Source: Macrostomum hystrix
Lineage: Eukaryota; Animalia; Platyhelminthes
Assembly (NCBI GenBank): GCA_950097015.1
Contig: CATNEN010000012.1
Coordinates: forward strand, 372,001-436,000
Reading direction: 5' to 3'
Length of the DNA stretch: 64,000 nucleotides
Made by a program: the position numbers and the translations under genes. This document shows, in pieces, positions 57,601 to 64,000 of this stretch; the stretch's first letter is position 1, and the number at the start of each line of letters is the position of its first letter. The notes beneath the pieces were generated by a model. It was not told the DNA's origin. It did no database searches and saw only the letters and a list, made by a program, of their open reading frames with translations.

Positions 57601-59442
57601 AACGCCGCCGGCGTCGCCGAGTTCGCCCCGTTCAGTCTGGCGCCACCGGGGCCACCGGAGCCTCCGGCTGGCGGGCCCTGGCCTGCCAACACCACCGCCG
57701 TGTCCGGTCGAGTCGCCTGGCTGCCGGGAGCCGACCGCGGTGCCGTTCAAACCTTCCGGCTCGGCTGGCGTCGCCTGAACTCCACCGGCAGCTGGTCCGA
57801 GACAGTCGGCCTGGCGGATCCTGGCCGCGGCTCCGGGCAGCTCGGCTGGGCGACGCTGACCGACCTGGCCTTCGACGCCGCATACGAGCTGCGCCTTCGA
57901 GCGGAGAACTCGCTCGGCGTCAGCGACTTCGTTGAAGGCTCAGCGGCGCTCGTTACTCGCCGTCTGCCGGCCATTGCGGATGCCTCCATTGCGGCTGTAG
58001 CGACAGCGTCCACCGTCGAGCTGGCATTCCAGCCGCCAGCGTCGAATGCCTTCAGCCGGGTGGAGGCGCGAATCTGTGGCATCGGCGGCGTCTGCGTTTT
58101 GCGGCGACTGCTGGACTCGGAGGTCAGGGAAAAGTTCCTGAGCTGACATCAATGTGACAATTGTAACTCAGTAGAAAGACACGTTGGTATTTCAAATATC
58201 CACATTTTTCTTTTTTCTGTATCTCCTAAAATATTCAACCAATGGCAAAGCCATGAAAATGCAGAACACGGGCTAAAATTTTGATTTAGATGGTGGACTT
58301 TCACGAAAATCGGTCATTCGGTTTGGGAGCTGTCGTGACGTAGGCAGTGGGTATCTGAAATGTCCCTGTGGTCTTTCACAAGGGGGAAATTCTAGTAGCC
58401 CTGTCTTTCTACTGTTAAGAGGATACAGCATTTCACTTGTGCAACAGTAGCCACAAGTCATCACAGTAAGCACAGACCACTTTCAGAACTTTTTGAGCAC
58501 ACCTTCTAAAAAACGAATTTCATTGCCTGCTCACCCACTGGAAGGTCTGGGCTGGCAGGGCCAGCATTCCGATGGCAAACGCGGCTGCGGAAGCCTTCAG
58601 CGTTGTCTCCCTGGTGGTCATGGACGGAGACGTCCGCGTATTCGAGACCACGTCGATATCACTGGCCAATTCTGCCGCATCGCCAGTCTCCACGGCAGCT
58701 CTGGGTGGCAGCGTGGCTGTGGCATTGTCCACAGTCGCAATTCTTCTGCTTGCTGTCGCAATCATCGCCGTTGCGTCGTTCAGGCGAGCCCGAAGCCATC
58801 CATCGATGCTGCGCCTGGTCAGCAGCAGCTCGGCGGCCACATCGTCGGACACCGTGGCGACGGTCTCGACTGCGACAACAGCGGGTCGGCAGATCTCAGT
58901 GGAATCGCGGCATCAGCAGCTCGAGGATGCCGACGATGCAGAGGTTGACGGCCTGGCTGGACTGAACGGGTGATTAATGTGCACTCAATGAGTGGCATGC
59001 GGTACTTAAATCATCGTACAGGTCCTTGCCCACTCCTAGTCACGCTAGAGGTCATTGCCCTCGCCTAGTCACCCTAGAGGTCGTTGCCCACTCCTAGGCA
59101 GAGGTCATTGCCTCTCCTAGTCACTCTAGAGGTCTTTGCCATCTCCTAGTCACTCTAGAGGTCATTGCACCCTTCTAGTCACTCTAGAGGTCTTTGATTT
59201 AATTAATGTGCTTTAAGAGTGATAGGTGGTGCTTTAAACTGTAGGAATACTCAAACAATCGTTTTCAACCGAATTCATTCAGCTGGGAGCAGCCACAGCG
59301 CCCGCCACCGCTGCCACCGCCGCGGCGTCATCACCGCAGGCCACCTCCGTCGAGTCTGTCAGCATCCAAGCTGCTCAGACGGCAGGTGTCAGCGAAGCTG
59401 GAACAGCGACCGCCGTTGCCACTGCCGCGTTGGTCAGTTCAG

Positions 59443-59485
<43 letters not shown>

Positions 59486-59517
59486 TGAATCCTGACTTTA
59501 TTGAACACTATGTTTAG
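54638..59517 (+). CDS. Type I Ig-superfamily adhesion protein (signal peptide, ~7 Ig, FN3, TM, C-terminal PDZ-type motif; echinoid/nephrin/sidestep-like), ~1,228 aa
   Basis: Exons 54638-55510, 55887-56558, 56641-58122, 58545-58969, 59283-59517, all in phase. Signal MPRWLPWWLFPSLLAVSSA; Ig cysteine pairs with DAGSYIC, NGANVSC and SAGRYRC; FN3 with TFRLGW and YELRLRAENSLG; TM VAVALSTVAILLLAVAIIAVASF; ends FIEHYV*. The last exon is less certain. Confidence 0.8.
55590..55835. repeat. 17-bp intronic minisatellite, ~14 copies
   Basis: GGGATCTGGTTTAGGTT. Confidence 0.96.
56190..56338 (+). repeat. Coding 9/18-bp minisatellite encoding (GSS)13-GPS-GSP-GSS
   Basis: Alternating GGATCATCG/GGATCATCA in frame within exon 2 of the Ig gene. 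Confidence 0.93.
58187..58425 (+). mobile_element. Dispersed intronic repeat, family B (Ig-gene intron 3), longest copy
   Basis: Left part matches 20250-20320 and right part matches 51885-51990. Internal inverted match ATTTCAAATATCCAC (~58189) / GTGGGTATCTGAAAT (~58348). Confidence 0.7.
59030..59195. repeat. ~28-bp short array
   Basis: CTAGTCACTCTAGAGGTCATTGCCTCTC, ~6 copies. Confidence 0.88.
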
Positions 59518-59694
59518 CAGCTTTATCTAATTAACATTAATTATTTTTCAGTCCATGGACTGGTGGTGACACCCATTAAAGTCGAAATTGAATTTGAATT
59601 TGAACTGAAGCAATTGGGAATTAAGTGCCTTGGTCTTTATGGGAACAAGAAAATATTCAGAAACACTGAGCAAAAACTAACAACTTTAAGGAAA

Positions 59695-61072
59695 TTTTGA
59701 AGGGAGGAAGGCAGGTTCGAAGGGAAATAAGAAGGATTGAAGGGAAGTAGGAAGGTTTGAAGGAGGAAGGTTTGAAGGGAAGTAGAAAGGTTTGAAGGGA
59801 GGAAGGTATGAAGGGAAGTAGGAAGGGTTGAAGGGAGGAAGGCAGGTTTGAAGGGAGGAAGGTTTGAAGGGAAGTAGGAAGGTTTGAAGGGAAGTACGTA
59901 GAAAGGTTTGAAGGGAGGAAGGTTTGAAGGGAGGAAGGTTTGAAGGGAAGTAGAAAGGTTTGAAGGGAGGAAGGTTTGAAGGGAAGTAGAAAGGTTTGAA
60001 GCGAGGAAGGTTTGAAGGGAGGAAGGCAGGTTTGAAGGGAGGAAGGTTCGAAGGGAATTAGGAAGGTTTGAAGCGAGGAAGGTTTGAAGGGAATTAGGAA
60101 GGTTCGAAGGGAATTAGGAAGGTTTGAAGGGAATTAGGAAGGTTTGAAGCGAAGAAGGTTTGAAGGGAATTAGGAAGGTTTGAAGCGAGGAAGGTTTGAA
60201 GGGAATTAGGAAGGTTCGAAGGGAATTAGGAAGGTTCGAAGGGAATTAGGAAGGTTTGAAGCGAGGAAGGTTTGAAGGGAATTAGGAAGGTTTGAAGCGA
60301 GGAAGGTTTGAAGGGAGGAAGGCAGGTTTGAAGGGAGGAAGGTTCGAAGGGAATTAGGAAGGTTTGAAGCGAGGAAGGTTTGAAGGGAATTAGGAAGGTT
60401 CGAAGGGAATTAGGAAGGTTCGAAGGGAATTAGGAAGGTTTGAAGCGAGGAAGGTTTGAAGGGAATTAGGAAGGTTTGAAGCGAGGAAGGTTTGAAGGGA
60501 ATTAGGAAGGTTTGAAGGGACGTAGGAATGCTTTCAATTGAGGAAGGTTCGAAGGGAATTAGGAAGGTTTGAAGGGAATTAGGAAGGTTTGAAGGGAATA
60601 AGGAAGGTTTGAAGCGAGGAAGGTTTGAAGGGAAGTAGGAATGCTTTCAATGGAGGAAGGTTCGAAGGGAATTAGGAAGGTTTGAAGGGAATAAGGAAGG
60701 TTTGAAGCGAGGAAGGTTTGAAGGGAAGTAGGAATGCTTTCAATGGAGGAAGGTTCGAAGGGAATTAGGAAGGTTTGAAGGGAATTAGGAAGGTTTGAAG
60801 CGAGGAAGGTTTGAAGGGAAGTAGGAATGCTTTCAATGGAGGAAGGTTCGAAGGGAATTAGGAAGGTTTGAAGAAAGGAAGGTTCGAAGGGAATTAGGAA
60901 GGTTTGAAGGGAGGAAGGTTCGAAGGGAATTAGGAAGGTTTGAAGGGAAGTAGAAATGCTTTCAATGGAGGAAGGTTCGAAGGGAATTAGGAAGGTTTGA
61001 AGGGAGAAGGTTCGAAGGGAATTAGGAAGGTTTGAAGGGAAGTAGGAATGCTTTCAATGGAGGAAGGCTCGA
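59695..61072. repeat. Modular purine-rich satellite, ~1.4 kb
   Basis: GGAAGGTTTGAAGGGAATTA / GGAAGGTTTGAAGCGA modules between the convergent 3' ends of the Ig gene and NACA. Confidence 0.95.
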
Positions 61073-62252
61073 AGGGGTCACACTATTTAGGAGAACTCTC
61101 CAACATGGCTTAAACATTGCTTCCTAGAATGTAAAGCGCCATTTACACGCACGAATTGGCTCATTCCACAATAATTATCGCGTGCCACAATCAACTCCGG
61201 GAACTCAAGATCTACTCAAATTGATTTTAGAAACAGGTATAGGTCGCTGGAGCGTGTATTCTGATAAGTGGAATCGTTTTCGGCCGCACTAATTTTACCT
61301 CTTGTAAATTGCAATAACTCAATAATTAAATATATATTATTTGCATGCGCCTATTGAAGAATGTAAATTATGAAATTCGTCGGCTTTTTTGTACTTTCAG
61401 TACTACTTTTAGTAGACTGTAACTATAGAAATACTGTAGTTTTTTAAACAAAAATAACGACAATAACAAGAGAATGGTCCATTTGAAATTTCATCATGGC
61501 GAAAAGCTTTTATTTGCTCATATCCACACAACTGTGGCCGTCTATGCTTAATGAGCCAGTCATTTATTTCTCGAAAATTGCTCTCACGGCGGTAGAAAAT
61601 CCATCTCGCATCACCAGCTCGCAGTAGGGCTGTAACATGCGCTATTTAACCAGTTCGCTATCATTATATTTCAGAAAAATTTCACTGAACTACGGGGTGA
61701 ACAATGGTACAAAAATTATTGATCATTTAAACCCTAAACCTGAAGCAAGCTGCAGCAATTTTATCCAACCCTGATTCAATCTCAGCTAAGGCACATTCCC
61801 CTGCATAGCAACGACTTTCATCATTTAACTAAGGTATAAATAAAATATTAGACTTCCCTTAAATAATAATTCTGGGATTCCCCTTAGATAAGATGTCTGG
61901 GATCTAAGATAAGTTTATCAGAATACCTTTAGAGCCTTGTGATTTCCCTAATATAAGAATGTTGGGATTTCTATAAATACTGTATCCTTTGTATTTTGTA
62001 GATTAGAAATTAGGCAGTAAAATGGGCTAAAAATCCACTGTCGCTATGCCAGACTGAGAATGCAGCCCTGTGACAAGCGGCAACCGTCTGCAACCTGTAG
62101 ACCAGTAGCAGCAGCAGCAGCAGCAGCTGTTTTGTTCAAGTCTGTCTGTCTAACTGCCCATGCAATCTTGAGTGCTCGCTTTCATTAACAACTGTGTGAC
62201 ACATTGAGAAGGGGGAGAAACAGAGAGTCGTCAGCCAGTCCGGTCAGCGACC

Positions 62253-63664
<1,412 letters not shown>

Positions 63665-63849
63665 TCAGTCCTCTTAAAGCTGTACTTTTAGTATGAACTG
63701 TTGTCATCTGCATTGCTCCGAGGATATTGTTTAGTAGTTATTGATAGTTGGCTTTACCTGTTTAGGGATTTTCTTTAGGAATCTATATTGGAGCTTTACT
63801 CGAATATGTTTTTTCGGACTTCTCCGTTTGGTGGATATTAAGGCTGCCC

Positions 63850-63985
63850 TTGGATACTGGCTCCTAGGATTTCCCGAGGATACCGGCTCCTAGGATTTCC
63901 CTTGGATACCGGCTCCTAGGATTTCCCTAGGATACCGGCTCCTAGGATTTCCCTAGGATACCGGCTCCTAGGATTTCCCAGGGAT
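63850..63985. repeat. 26-bp minisatellite upstream of NACA
   Basis: GGATACCGGCTCCTAGGATTTCCCTA; period 26 at 63904/63930. Confidence 0.92.
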
Positions 63986-64000
63986 ATGGGATACAGGATT

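Noticed and set aside
59695-61072. Heat-shock-element array from GAA/TTC content
   Set aside because: TTCGAA/TTTGAA lacks the nTTCnnGAAn spacing.

Overview
Intron-rich animal genomic DNA, not prokaryotic. The GC/CAG-rich exons and minisatellite-filled introns suggest a flatworm such as Macrostomum, but that is an inference. I reconstructed six protein-coding genes by hand from GT-AG junctions with consistent phases. Five lie on the + strand in a row: NOP53 (start not found), SDR42E1-like, a ~1,906-aa TRPM channel, a P5B ATPase (ATP13A-type) and an Ig7-FN3-TM adhesion protein. NACA lies on the - strand. The TRPM channel has 3-4 ankyrin repeats spliced in frame to its N-terminus, a degenerate C-terminal NUDT9H domain and a candidate 12-nt pore-loop microexon. 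About 40 distinct tandem arrays (~25 kb, ~40% of the window) fill the introns and spacers. Several are built from splice-signal-like units (5' splice site, branch point, 3' splice site), and many share a (T)GGGAT or CCAAT core. Mobile DNA comprises a 2.1-kb foldback MULE-like element with a perfect 9-bp TSD, a hAT MITE with an 8-bp TSD, two copies of a tRNA-derived SINE and a further dispersed intronic repeat. No database searches were run; family calls rest on recognised motifs.
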